32,116 nt of DNA from Armatimonadota bacterium (lineage in GTDB: Bacteria; Sysuimicrobiota; Sysuimicrobiia; Sysuimicrobiales; Humicultoraceae): NCBI GenBank assembly GCA_037443365.1, contig JBBIOM010000022.1, positions 1 through 32,116 of the forward strand, given 5' to 3'. The notes beneath the pieces were generated by a model that was given only the letters and a program-made list of their open reading frames with translations, had not been told where the DNA came from and made no database searches. Below are positions 1 to 9,241 of the stretch, in pieces. Numbering within the stretch: the first letter of the stretch is position 1; every line of letters begins with the position of its first letter. A program made the position numbers and the translations under genes.

Positions 1-58
1 TTAGCGCGCAGCGTTCGGGACGCTGAGGCCGGGGGTTCAAATCCCCCCTCCCCGACCA
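1..58 (+). tRNA. tRNA-Pro (anticodon CGG), 5' end truncated by the window edge
   Basis: Anticodon stem CAGCG(9-13)/CGCTG(21-25) with loop TT-CGG-GA; T-arm GGGGG-TTCAAAT-CCCCC (31-47); 3' acceptor strand CTCCCCG, discriminator A, encoded CCA (56-58). Confidence 0.95.
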
Positions 59-81
59 GACAACCGAGGATCGTGGATGCG

Positions 82-107
82 CGGGGCGGCGCAACAGCGC
101 CGCCCCG
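82..107 (+). terminator. GC-rich stem-loop after the tRNA (possible terminator or processing hairpin)
   Basis: CGGGGCGGCGC-AACA-GCGCCGCCCCG, a perfect 11-bp stem; no U-tract follows. Confidence 0.5.
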
Positions 108-152
108 TCGCGTTGGCGGGCCGGGGAAGGGCCTCGACCGAAGGAGAACGGC

Positions 153-1361
153 GTGGGGTCGAGAACGATGAAGGGGATGGGCAGGGATGATGCCGTGCGC
201 GTGGGGGTCTTCTCCGACTCCTACCTTCCGCGCATCAGCGGTGTCGTTCGCTCGATCGAAGCCCTGGTGGTGGAGCTCCGGCGCCAGGGGCACCAGGCGT
301 CGGTCTTCGCGCCCGCGTACCCGGGCTACAGGGACGCCGATCCCGACGTGGTGCGGTTCCCGTCGGTTCGCGCGCCCGGGATCCCCGACTTCCCGCTCGC
401 CATCCCGGTGGCGCGGCGATTCACGGCCGATCTGCGGTCACGGCGTCTGTCCGTGATCCACACGCACTCGCCCTTTCTCATGGGCTCGGCAGGCCTCTAC
501 GCCGCGCGCCGGCTGCGCCTGCCGCTCGTCTTCACGCACCACACGATGTACTCGGAATACGTTCACTACGTCCCAATCGTGTCCCAGCGGTTCTCGCGCG
601 AGGTCGTCACGCGGTATACCGTGCGGTACTGCAACCGCTGCACGGTGGTCGTCGCGCCCTCGCACGCCGTCCGCAACTGGCTGCTGGCCCGCGGCGTGAC
701 CGCGCGTGTGGAGGTCGTCCCGACCGCGGGCTTCGACCTGGAGCGCTTCACCCGGCTGGACCCGTCCTGGGTCAGGCCCAGGTTTGGGATTCCCCCGGGC
801 GCGCCGCTTGTCATAACGGTGGGCCGCCTGGCCCGGGAGAAGCGCTTCGACGTGCTGCTGTCGGCCTTCAGCATGGCGGCAGGGGGGACGCCGGCCCGCC
901 TGCTGGTCGTGGGGGGCGGCCCGCAGGCCGAGGGCCTGCGGCGCGCGGCCGCGGACCGGGGAGTGGGCGGGCAGGTGATCTTCGCAGGACCGCTCGACCA
1001 CGATCGAGTCCTCGATTGCTACGCCGCCGCCGACCTGTTTGCCTTCTCGTCGCCCACCGAGACCCAGGGGCTCGTCGTGGTGGAGGCGATGGCAGCCGGC
1101 CTCGCGGTGGCGGCCGTGGGCGCGGGAGGGGTATCCGAGGTCGTGAGCGACGGGGAGACCGGGCTCTTGACCGGTCTGGACGCCGGGGCGCTGGGCGCGG
1201 CGATTGGCCGGCTGCTGGGCGACCAGGAGCTTCGTGGCCGCCTCTCGGCCGCGGGCCGGGCCGCGGCACGCGCCTATGCCATCGAGACCATAGCCAGGCA
1301 ACTCGTGGAGCTCTATCAGCAAGCGGCAGTGGTTGCGCCTGTCATCGCAGCACCCGATTAG
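153..1361 (+). CDS. GT4-family glycosyltransferase, resembling diacylglycerol glycosyltransferases; true start may be GTG at 195
   Basis: N-terminal (V)RVGVFSDSYLPRISGV, IHTHSPF, HHTMY, VGRLAREK, and GT4 E-x7-E motif (TETQGLVVVEAMAAG). Confidence 0.9.
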   Translation: MGSRTMKGMGRDDAVRVGVFSDSYLPRISGVVRSIEALVVELRRQGHQASVFAPAYPGYRDADPDVVRFPSVRAPGIPDFPLAIPVARRFTADLRSRRLSVIHTHSPFLMGSAGLYAARRLRLPLVFTHHTMYSEYVHYVPIVSQRFSREVVTRYTVRYCNRCTVVVAPSHAVRNWLLARGVTARVEVVPTAGFDLERFTRLDPSWVRPRFGIPPGAPLVITVGRLAREKRFDVLLSAFSMAAGGTPARLLVVGGGPQAEGLRRAAADRGVGGQVIFAGPLDHDRVLDCYAAADLFAFSSPTETQGLVVVEAMAAGLAVAAVGAGGVSEVVSDGETGLLTGLDAGALGAAIGRLLGDQELRGRLSAAGRAAARAYAIETIARQLVELYQQAAVVAPVIAAPD

Positions 1362-1436
1362 ACCCTCGCCGCCCCGGGCGGCGGTCGCACAACGGGCGGG
1401 CCGCAGAGGCGGCCCGAGTCGAGGAGGAGACGGAGC

Positions 1437-4400
1437 GTGCAGCTTCGCAGACTTGAGCTCGTAGGATTCAAGACGTTCGTGGAGCGCACGGAGCTCGAGT
1501 TCCACCCCGGGATTACCGCGATAGTAGGCCCCAACGGAAGCGGGAAGAGCAACATCATGGACGGCATACGCTGGGTGCTGGGCGAGACCAACGCGCGCCT
1601 GCTGCGCGGCGCCCGCATGGACGACGTCATCTTCGCCGGCACCGCCTTGCGCCGGCCCCACGGCCTGGCCCGGGTCGCGCTTACCCTGGAGAACGGCGCG
1701 GGCGATCTTCCCCTGGAGTTCAGCGAGGTGACCGTGTCGCGCACCGTGACCCGGGGTGGCGAGGGGGAGTACGCCATCAACGGGGTGGACTGCCGCCTGC
1801 GCGACATCCAGATGCTGTTCCTCGGCACCGGGTTGGGCGGACGCTCGTACGCGTTGATCGGGCAGGGCGAGGTGGACTCGGTCCTGCGCGCCACTCCCCA
1901 GGAGCGCCGGCAGTGGTTGGAGGAGGCCGCGGGCCTGGCAAGGCAGAAGCGCCAGCGCACCGAGGCGGAGCGCAGGCTTGGCCACTCCCAGGCGCACCTC
2001 GACCGGGCCGGCGACCTGATCGGCGAACTGGACGCGCAACAGCAGGTGCTGGCTGTGCAGGCCGAGGCTGCCACGCTGTACCGCACACACACGGAGGAGC
2101 TGCGCAACCTGGATCTGGCGCTGTACGCGGATGAGGCACGCCGCCTGCTTGGGGCCGCGCGCCGCCTGGCCGCTTCCCTCTCATCTGAGAAGGAGCGGGC
2201 CGCGCTCTCCACGGCCCGGGTCGAAGCCGCCGCCGCCGCGGCAGCAGACGTCCGGGAGCGGGTCGATTCACTAAGCACGCAATGGGAGGAAGGCCAGCAG
2301 GCGCTGCTGGGCGGCGCCGAAGAGATCGCGGCGCGCGCGGCCGATGTCGTGCAGGCCGAGCGGCGCATAGAGGCGCTGCGCGCGCACCACCAGCACCTGG
2401 CAGACGAGATCGCCCGCCTGCAGGAAGAGCATGCGCGCGCATCCGGCGACGCCGAGGGGCTGCGTCTGCAGGCCGCCGGAGTCGCAGACGATCTGGAGTC
2501 GCAGCGGCGCTGCTTGTCCGAGGCCGCGGCAGGCCTCACCGACGCGGCCAGGGCGGCGGAAGAGGCGGAATCCCATCTGGCCCTTGCGCGCCGCGACGCG
2601 GGAGATGTCGCGCGCACGCTGGCCCAGGCGCGCAGCGACCTGGCCGGGCTCTGCGCGAGGGCCGAGATGCTAGGCCAGGCGGCATCAGGCACCGAGAAGC
2701 GGGCAGAGGCCCTTCGGGAGGCCGCCGCGCGCGTCTCGGGCGCGCTCGAGACCGCGCGCCAGGCCTGCGCCCAGGCCCGGGTTGAGCGAGAAGAGGCAGA
2801 CGCCTCGCTGGCGCGCGCCGCAGCAGAGGCGGAACGGTGCCGCCGCGACCTCGATGCCTGCCTGGAGCGGCTGCGAGCCGCCGAGATGGAAGAGCATGGG
2901 CTCCGGGCGCGTCTGGCCTCCCTGGAAGAGGCGCACGCCGGGTTCGCCGATTTCGAGGAGGGCGCGCGCAGCGTGCTCCTGGCAGCCCGTGCCGACCCTG
3001 GGCGGTTTCCGGGAATGCTGGGCGCGCTCGCGGATCTCGTGGAGGTGCCGGACGAGTACCAGGCCGCGATCGCCGCCGCCCTGGGTAGGCGACTCCACTG
3101 CCTGGTGGCGGAGAGCAGGGCTGCAATCCAGGGGGTCTGCGCATTTCTTGAGGCAGAAGGGAGCGCGGGCGTCGCCCTCCTGGCCATGGACACGGTGCGC
3201 GCCCATCATCTTGCTGCGCCCGCGGCTTCACAGGAGGGTCTTGTGCGCGCGTCCGACGTCGTCACCGCCGACGCCGCGATGAGGCCGGTCGTGGACGCCC
3301 TGCTGGGTGACGCGGTCATAGTCCCCGGCCTGGAGCGCGCCTGGGACATGTTCGCGGCGGGATTCCCCGGGCGGATCGTCACGCGCGACGGTGCGCTGCT
3401 CTCGCCCGATGGTGTGCTGTCCATCCGCGGGCGCCGCCGCGGCGACGCGATGCCGCTGGGGCGCAATCAGGCGCTGGCAGCGCACCGCGCCGCGGCAGAC
3501 GCGGCATCGTCGCACCGGGAGGGCACGCAGGCGCAGCACGCGGACGCCGCGCGCAACGCGGCCGCGGCCTCAGCCGCCCTTTCCGCGCGCACGACAGAGA
3601 GCGTCGCGGCGGCAGCCGCCCTGAACGAGCGCGTGGCCCACCTGGCACAGCTGGAAGCCTCATCCGCCCGCCTGGCAGCGGACGAGGCCGCGCTGGCCGA
3701 GGAGGCGGCGGCGCGCCGGAGGGAGTTCGAGAGCAGCCGGGCCGAGGCAGACCGGCTGACCGCCGATGCCCGCCACCTCGAGGAGGAGGCCGGGGGACTG
3801 GAAGCCCGGCTGGTGGAGCTCGAGCAGGAAGCGCGAGGGCGAAGCGCCGCGCGCGACGCTTCGGCGCAGGCCGTGGCCGCGCGCCAGGTTGCGCTTGCAC
3901 AGGCGGAAGGCGTCCTGGAGTCCCTGCACGCGCGCCTGCGCGACCGCGAAGTAGCGCTGGCCGAGATCGAAGCCCGCCGCGACGCGTGCTGCGACGACGC
4001 GGAGTGGATGCGCGCGGACCTGGACGCGGCATCCGAGCGCCTGCGCGAGGCGGCCGCCGCGCACGCCGCGGCCGCCTCGGAGCAGGCCTCTGGGAAGTCG
4101 CGGCTCGAGCGCCTGGCAGCCGAGCGCGCGGAGCTGCGTGATGTCCTGGTTGTCCGAGAGGAGGAGCACAAAGCGGCGGTTGCGGCCGCCCGCGAGAGCG
4201 AGGCGGCGCTGCACCGCACCGAACTGCGCTGCGCGCAGGCCGACGCCGAGCTGGCCGCGGCCGCATCTCGCCTCGGCGAGCAGTACGGCATCACCTTGGA
4301 GGAGGCCGCGTCGCGGCGCCTCGAGTCGTCGCGCGAGGACGCGCGCCGGCGCCTGGACGAGCTGCGCGGCGCGATACGCGATCTGGGGCCTGTGAACCTG

Positions 4401-5069
4401 CGCGCGATCGAGGAGCACGCCGCCGTAAGCGAGCGCCTGGAAGCGCTGCGCGGCCGCGCGCAGGACGTCCGAGCCGCCGCGGAGTCGCTCCGGCAGTCAA
4501 TCACGCTCATCAACGCCGCGCTGCGCGTGCGGTTCGATCAGTCCTTCGTGGAGGTCGACCGCGAGTTCGGCCGGCTCTTCCAGCAGCTCTCCGACGGGGG
4601 GCGCGGGTCCCTGGAGCTGGTCGAGGACGAGCTGGGCGCGGAGCCGGGGCTGGAGGTGATCGTCCAGCTCCCCGGCAAGAAGCGCCGGTCCCTGGTCGCG
4701 CTCTCAGGTGGGGAGCGCGTGCTGGTGGCCCTGGCCCTGATCTTCGCGATGCTTCGCGTACACCCCAGCCCGTTCTGCATCTTCGACGAGGTGGAGGCCG
4801 CCCTCGACGACGAGAACACCCGACGGTTCACCGACCTGCTGCGCGATCTGTCCCGGCAGACCCAGGTGTTGATCATCACGCACAACAAGGGCACGATGGC
4901 TGCTGCAGACGTGCTCTACGGCGTGACGATGCAGGAGCTGGGCACTTCTTCGCTGGTCTCGGTGCGGCTGGTCCCGTCCCGGAACGGGCAGGAGCCTGCC
5001 CCGCGACATGAGCCAGGGGTCAGGGAACCCTCCCGGGAGCGTGAGACGGTTGCCCTTCCGGCGGATTAG
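1437..5069 (+). CDS. smc: Chromosome segregation protein SMC
   Basis: Walker A GPNGSGKSN, Q-loop IGQG, long coiled coils around a central hinge, signature LSGGE, Walker B/D-loop FDEVEAALD, ITH; SD GAGGAGG upstream of GTG; directly precedes ftsY. Confidence 0.97.
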   Translation: MQLRRLELVGFKTFVERTELEFHPGITAIVGPNGSGKSNIMDGIRWVLGETNARLLRGARMDDVIFAGTALRRPHGLARVALTLENGAGDLPLEFSEVTVSRTVTRGGEGEYAINGVDCRLRDIQMLFLGTGLGGRSYALIGQGEVDSVLRATPQERRQWLEEAAGLARQKRQRTEAERRLGHSQAHLDRAGDLIGELDAQQQVLAVQAEAATLYRTHTEELRNLDLALYADEARRLLGAARRLAASLSSEKERAALSTARVEAAAAAAADVRERVDSLSTQWEEGQQALLGGAEEIAARAADVVQAERRIEALRAHHQHLADEIARLQEEHARASGDAEGLRLQAAGVADDLESQRRCLSEAAAGLTDAARAAEEAESHLALARRDAGDVARTLAQARSDLAGLCARAEMLGQAASGTEKRAEALREAAARVSGALETARQACAQARVEREEADASLARAAAEAERCRRDLDACLERLRAAEMEEHGLRARLASLEEAHAGFADFEEGARSVLLAARADPGRFPGMLGALADLVEVPDEYQAAIAAALGRRLHCLVAESRAAIQGVCAFLEAEGSAGVALLAMDTVRAHHLAAPAASQEGLVRASDVVTADAAMRPVVDALLGDAVIVPGLERAWDMFAAGFPGRIVTRDGALLSPDGVLSIRGRRRGDAMPLGRNQALAAHRAAADAASSHREGTQAQHADAARNAAAASAALSARTTESVAAAAALNERVAHLAQLEASSARLAADEAALAEEAAARRREFESSRAEADRLTADARHLEEEAGGLEARLVELEQEARGRSAARDASAQAVAARQVALAQAEGVLESLHARLRDREVALAEIEARRDACCDDAEWMRADLDAASERLREAAAAHAAAASEQASGKSRLERLAAERAELRDVLVVREEEHKAAVAAARESEAALHRTELRCAQADAELAAAASRLGEQYGITLEEAASRRLESSREDARRRLDELRGAIRDLGPVNLRAIEEHAAVSERLEALRGRAQDVRAAAESLRQSITLINAALRVRFDQSFVEVDREFGRLFQQLSDGGRGSLELVEDELGAEPGLEVIVQLPGKKRRSLVALSGGERVLVALALIFAMLRVHPSPFCIFDEVEAALDDENTRRFTDLLRDLSRQTQVLIITHNKGTMAAADVLYGVTMQELGTSSLVSVRLVPSRNGQEPAPRHEPGVREPSRERETVALPAD

Positions 5070-5088
5070 ACCCGGCTGACCAGACCCG

Positions 5089-6003
5089 ATGGAAGCGACA
5101 TCAACACCCCCTGGTTGGTTCGCCCGGCTGCGCGCATCACTCGGGCGTACGCGCGAGGCGATCGCCTCGCGCATCGACGCCCTGCTTCAGGCGCCCCCAG
5201 ACGACGCGTTCTTCGAGGGTCTAGAGGAGGCTCTGATCCAAGCCGACATGGGCCCAGCGCTTAGCGCCGAGATTGCGCAGCGCCTGCGTCAGGATCCCAC
5301 GGCGCGCACGCCCGGAGCCCTGCGCGCCGGGCTTGGCGCGATCCTGCGCGAGCTGCTGGGCGCGCCAGGAGCGCTGCGCCTCGGCCCGGCTCCTGCCGTG
5401 GTGCTGGTCCTGGGAGTGAACGGTTCGGGCAAGACCACGACGATCGGCAAGCTCGCCTTCAGGCTGCGCCAGGAAGGCCGCCAGGTGATGCTGGCCGCAG
5501 CCGACACGTTCCGCGCCGCGGCGATCGAGCAGCTCGAGCTCTGGGGCGAGCGCACGGGCGCCCCGGTCGTGCGGCACCGGGCCGGGAGCGATCCTGCGGC
5601 CGTGGTGTTCGACGCGGCCCAGGCGGCCTCGGCGCGGGGCTTCGACGTGCTCGTCGTCGACACCGCCGGACGGCTGCACACCAAGGTCAACCTGATGGAG
5701 GAGCTCAAGAAGATCGACCGGGTGCTGGCGCGCGCGCTGCCTGGCTCGCCTGTCGAGCGCCTGCTCGTGCTGGACGCCACAACAGGCCAGAACGGCCTGG
5801 CCCAGGCCCGTCGCTTCCACGAGGCAGTCGGCATCACAGGGGTCGTTCTCGCGAAGTTGGACGGCACCGCGAAGGGCGGGATTGCCGTGGCCATCACCCG
5901 GGACCTGGGCGTCCCGATAACCTTCGTGGGCACAGGAGAGGCCCCGGACGATCTCGTGCCCTTCGACCCTGAGGCGTTCGCAACCGCCCTGCTTGCCCCC
6001 TAG
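5089..6003 (+). CDS. ftsY: SRP receptor FtsY (short form, no acidic A domain)
   Basis: N-terminal amphipathic WFARLRASLGRTRE; GVNGSGKTTT, DTFRAAA, DTAGR, DATTGQNG, KLDGTAKGG. Confidence 0.97.
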   Translation: MEATSTPPGWFARLRASLGRTREAIASRIDALLQAPPDDAFFEGLEEALIQADMGPALSAEIAQRLRQDPTARTPGALRAGLGAILRELLGAPGALRLGPAPAVVLVLGVNGSGKTTTIGKLAFRLRQEGRQVMLAAADTFRAAAIEQLELWGERTGAPVVRHRAGSDPAAVVFDAAQAASARGFDVLVVDTAGRLHTKVNLMEELKKIDRVLARALPGSPVERLLVLDATTGQNGLAQARRFHEAVGITGVVLAKLDGTAKGGIAVAITRDLGVPITFVGTGEAPDDLVPFDPEAFATALLAP

Positions 6004-6036
6004 AGCGCGCTTCTGAGGGGCTGGCCTGCCTCCACC

Positions 6037-6066
6037 TTGACTATTGCGCCATCCCTGCGCTATCGT
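6037..6066 (+). promoter_or_regulatory. Putative sigma70-type promoter for the ylxM-MTase/ffh operon
   Basis: TTGACT (6037-6042), 18 nt spacer, TATCGT (6061-6066) in the ftsY-ylxM intergenic region. Confidence 0.55.
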
Positions 6067-6073
6067 GAGGGGG

Positions 6074-6097
6074 CTGTCAAGGGGATTGACTTGACAG
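6074..6097. promoter_or_regulatory. Perfect inverted repeat, putative operator
   Basis: CTGTCAAG (6074-6081)-N8-CTTGACAG (6090-6097), between the predicted -10 and the ATG at 6108. Confidence 0.65.
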
Positions 6098-6107
6098 ATG
6101 AGGGAAC

Positions 6108-6968
6108 ATGGAGCGCGCGCTGGCCGACAGGGACCGGGCCAACCGGATGTTCGACGCCTACGGGGCGCTGCTGACCGAGCGGCAGCGGCGCCTGCTGCGG
6201 CGCTACTATCAGGACGACCTGTCGCTCGGCGAGATCGCCTCACTGATGCGCGTGAGCCGCCAGGCCGTGCACGACGGCCTGCGCAGGGCCCTGGCGGCCA
6301 TGGAGCGTCTGGAGGGAGCGCTGGGGCTGGCGGAGCGAGGTGACCACTACTCCACGAGTGCGCCGCGCTCGAAGCCGCGTGCGCGGGAGCTTCGGGTCGA
6401 GCTGCGGGGCCGGACGTGGACCTTCCAGGCCGCATCCGGCGTCTTCGCGCACCGCCGGTTCGACGCCGGGACGCGACTGCTCGTGGAGGCGATGCAGGTG
6501 CGCCCCCGGGACCGCATCCTGGACCTGGGATGCGGCTACGGCGCGATCGGCCTGGTGGCCGCATCGCTCGCGCCCCTTGGCCGTGCCTGGCTCGTGGATC
6601 TGAACCAGCGCGCGGCGCGCCTGGCGTGCGCCAACGCCGCGGTGGCTGGGCTCACCAACGCCTGCGTGCTTGTGGGCGACGGCGCGGCCCCGTTTCAGGA
6701 CGCCTGTTTCGAAGTGGTGCTCACCAACCCGCCGATCAGGGCCGGGCGGCGGGTTGTCGTGGAGTTCATCGAGGGAGCGTGGCGGGTGCTCAGGCCCAAC
6801 GGTCGGTTCTACATGGTGGCGCGCACCGCGCAGGGTGCGCGCACGCTCGCGAAACTCGTGGCCGAGAAGTTCGGTGAAGCGCGCGAGGTGCGTACTTCCG
6901 GGGGGTACCGCGTCTACAAGGCGCGGCGCAGGCGCGCCGCCCCTCATGAGGTGACCGGCGGTGTTTGA
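6108..6968 (+). CDS. Fusion of a YlxM (UPF0122) HTH domain and an RsmC/YbxB-like class I SAM methyltransferase
   Basis: aa ~1-77 match YlxM (FDAYGALLTERQ..YYQDDLSLGEIA..VSRQAVHD). The remainder matches the small MTase domain (DHY, SGVF..RFDAGTRLL, LDLGCGYG, TNPPIRAG). Occupies the ylxM position between ftsY and ffh. Confidence 0.9.
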   Translation: MERALADRDRANRMFDAYGALLTERQRRLLRRYYQDDLSLGEIASLMRVSRQAVHDGLRRALAAMERLEGALGLAERGDHYSTSAPRSKPRARELRVELRGRTWTFQAASGVFAHRRFDAGTRLLVEAMQVRPRDRILDLGCGYGAIGLVAASLAPLGRAWLVDLNQRAARLACANAAVAGLTNACVLVGDGAAPFQDACFEVVLTNPPIRAGRRVVVEFIEGAWRVLRPNGRFYMVARTAQGARTLAKLVAEKFGEAREVRTSGGYRVYKARRRRAAPHEVTGGV

Positions 6969-8280
6969 GGCGCTGCAGTCCCGGCTGGGGGAGATCTTCC
7001 GCAAGATAGCCGGCCGGGGAACGCTCAGCCCCGAGGACGTGGACGCGGCGCTGCGCCAGGTGCGCATGGCCCTGCTCGAGGCCGATGTGAACTTCCGCGT
7101 GGCCCGCGAGTTCGTTGAGGGCGTGCGCGCGGCCGCGGTCGGGCAGGAGGTGTGGAAGCACCTGAACCCCGGCCAGCAGGTGATCAAGATCGTGCACCAG
7201 GAGATGATCCGGCTCCTGGGCGGGCAGGCGCGCGAGCTCCGCAGGGCCGCAGCGCCTCCCACGGTCATCCTGCTCGTGGGTCTGCACGGCGTGGGCAAGA
7301 CCACGACCGCGGGGAAGCTGGCCGGCTACCTGAAGCGCCGGGGCCGCACGCCGCTCCTCGTGGCCACCGACCTGAAGCGGCCGGCCGCGATCCGGCAGCT
7401 CGAGATCGTCGGCGACCATGTAGGGGTCCGCGTGTTCGCCCTTCGCGGGGAGACGGACTCGATTGGTGTGGCGCGAGCCGCGGTGGCCGCAGCCGCTGCG
7501 GACGGGCATGACGTGGTCATTGTGGATTCGGCGGGGCGGCTGCACGTGGACGACGAGCTGATGGCCGAGCTTGCCACGATGCACTCCGCGCTTGCCCCGC
7601 ATGAGACCCTGCTTGTGCTGGACGCGATGGCTGGGCAGGACGCCGTGCGCATGGCCGAGCAGTTCGGCTCGCGAATGCCGCTCGATGGCGTGGTGCTCAC
7701 CAAGCTCGACGGCGATGCCCGTGGCGGCGCGGCGCTCTCGGTCGTGGCCACGATCGGGCGCCCGATCCTGTTCGTCGGGGTGGGAGAGAGGCCCGACGCC
7801 CTGGAGAGGTTTCACCCGGACCGCATGGCATCGCGCATACTGGGGATGGGCGACCTGCTGACGCTGATCGAGCGCGCGGAGGCGGCCGTCTCGGCCGAGG
7901 ACGCGGCCGAGATGGAGCGCAAGCTGCGCCGGCAGCAGTTCACCCTGGGCGACTTCCTGGAGCAGCTGCGCCAGGTGCGCAGGATGGGGCCGCTGGACCA
8001 GCTGCTGGAGATGATCCCGGGCTTCGGCCGCATGCGCGAGGCCGGCGCCCAGGTGGACGAAGGGCAGCTCCGGAAGATCGAGGCCATGATCCAGTCCATG
8101 ACGCCGCGGGAGCGCGACTCGCCGACCGTGATCGACGGAAGCCGCCGTCGCCGCATCGCGCGGGGGAGCGGGGTGACCGTGCAGGATGTCAACCGGCTGT
8201 TGAAGCAGTTCGAGCAGGCACGCCGCCTCATGCGGCAGGTGGCGGCGCGCAAACCCAAGGAGGCAGAAAGATGGCTGTGA
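6961..8280 (+). CDS. ffh: Signal recognition particle protein Ffh
   Basis: [49 protein letters not shown]-domain [18 protein letters not shown]. Confidence 0.98.
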   Translation: MFEALQSRLGEIFRKIAGRGTLSPEDVDAALRQVRMALLEADVNFRVAREFVEGVRAAAVGQEVWKHLNPGQQVIKIVHQEMIRLLGGQARELRRAAAPPTVILLVGLHGVGKTTTAGKLAGYLKRRGRTPLLVATDLKRPAAIRQLEIVGDHVGVRVFALRGETDSIGVARAAVAAAAADGHDVVIVDSAGRLHVDDELMAELATMHSALAPHETLLVLDAMAGQDAVRMAEQFGSRMPLDGVVLTKLDGDARGGAALSVVATIGRPILFVGVGERPDALERFHPDRMASRILGMGDLLTLIERAEAAVSAEDAAEMERKLRRQQFTLGDFLEQLRQVRRMGPLDQLLEMIPGFGRMREAGAQVDEGQLRKIEAMIQSMTPRERDSPTVIDGSRRRRIARGSGVTVQDVNRLLKQFEQARRLMRQVAARKPKEAERWL

Positions 8281-8558
8281 AGATCCGACTCATGCGAACC
8301 GGAGCCAAGCACCAACCGTCGTACCGGGTCGTGGTGGCCGACTCGCGTACCCCCAGGGGCGGCAGGTACATCGAGGCGCTCGGGCACTACAACCCCAGGA
8401 CCGAGCCGTCCACCATTCAGATTGACGAGACGAAGGTGCGTTCCTGGCTCGAGCGGGGCGCCCGGCCCTCGGACGCGGCCCGCGTGCTGCTGGTCAAGAC
8501 CGGCATCCTCCCGCGCTGGGAGGCCGATCGGTCGGGCGGCGAAGAGCGCCCGGGGTAG
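8271..8558 (+). CDS. rpsP: 30S ribosomal protein S16
   Basis: [47 protein letters not shown] inside the ffh 3' end. Confidence 0.97.
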   Translation: MAVKIRLMRTGAKHQPSYRVVVADSRTPRGGRYIEALGHYNPRTEPSTIQIDETKVRSWLERGARPSDAARVLLVKTGILPRWEADRSGGEERPG

Positions 8559-8564
8559 AGCGTC

Positions 8565-8825
8565 ATGCCGGGGGCTGATCTGAGGGCGTTGGTCGAGTAC
8601 CTGGTCCGGGGATTGGTGGACGACCCAGGGGCGGTCGGCGTGAGAGCGGCCGAGCGCGACCGTCTGGTGACGATCGAGATCAGGGTGGCCGCAGGCGACC
8701 TGGGCAAGGTCATCGGCCGCCGCGGACGCATCGTGGGGGCGATTCGCACCCTCGCCCGGGCCGCGGGCGCATCCGACGGTCGGCGCGTTGTGGTGGAGAT
8801 CGCGTCGCAGTCTAGCCGGGAGTAG
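8565..8825 (+). CDS. khpA: KH-domain RNA-binding protein KhpA (YlqC)
   Basis: LVEYLVRGLVDDP, DLGKVIGRRGR (KH GxxG loop), AIRTL; canonical position after rpsP. Confidence 0.92.
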   Translation: MPGADLRALVEYLVRGLVDDPGAVGVRAAERDRLVTIEIRVAAGDLGKVIGRRGRIVGAIRTLARAAGASDGRRVVVEIASQSSRE

Positions 8826-8836
8826 CGGAGGCGGGC

Positions 8837-9241
8837 ATGGGGATAACCGTTGTTCGACCCGTAATCGTGAAGGCCATAGTCACGGAGGCGTTCAAGAAGC
8901 AGTACATGAGCGAGATCGAGGACACCGTTCGGCGTCTCGACGCCGTGATCTCGCAAATCGACACGCAGATCCGGCGCTCCGAGCTGGAGCGCCAGGTCAG
9001 CCCGCAGTCGCGCGCGATCCGTCAGCAGCTCGAGGTGGAGCGTTCGCGGCAGGAAGCCGCGCGCATGGAGCTCGCCGCGCGCATGAAGGAGGCCGAGGGG
9101 CTCGAGCTCCAGTCCGAGTTCTCTCAGGGCACCCTGGAGAGCATTGTCGAGCTGGGCGTCGGGGACAACTTCTTCACGCGCATGGCGCGGGCCGAGGTAG
9201 TGATCAAGGATGGGATCGTCATCGAGATCCGCGAGGACTGA
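8837..9241 (+). CDS. ylqD: YlqD-family protein
   Basis: RPVIVKAIVTEAFK, central coiled coil, [23 protein letters not shown]; located between khpA and rimM. Confidence 0.88.
   Translation: MGITVVRPVIVKAIVTEAFKKQYMSEIEDTVRRLDAVISQIDTQIRRSELERQVSPQSRAIRQQLEVERSRQEAARMELAARMKEAEGLELQSEFSQGTLESIVELGVGDNFFTRMARAEVVIKDGIVIEIRED

Noticed and set aside
1-152. tRNA-Pro as an island integration site
   Set aside because: No adjacent integrase, and no duplicate of the tRNA 3' end was noticed in the window.
1367-1416. Two GC hairpins between the GT4 gene and smc
   Set aside because: 7-8 bp all-GC stems without a U-tract are expected by chance at this GC content.
438-3193. Long minus-strand ORFs (438-2090, 1358-3193) opposite the GT4 gene and smc
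   Set aside because: Antisense shadows expected in very GC-rich coding DNA; low-complexity Ala/Arg/Ser content and no recognisable motifs.
6340-6603. GTG at the YlxM/MTase junction as a separate methyltransferase start
   Set aside because: It is out of frame with the MTase motifs and gives an unrecognisable 87-aa peptide; the MTase is in the YlxM frame.
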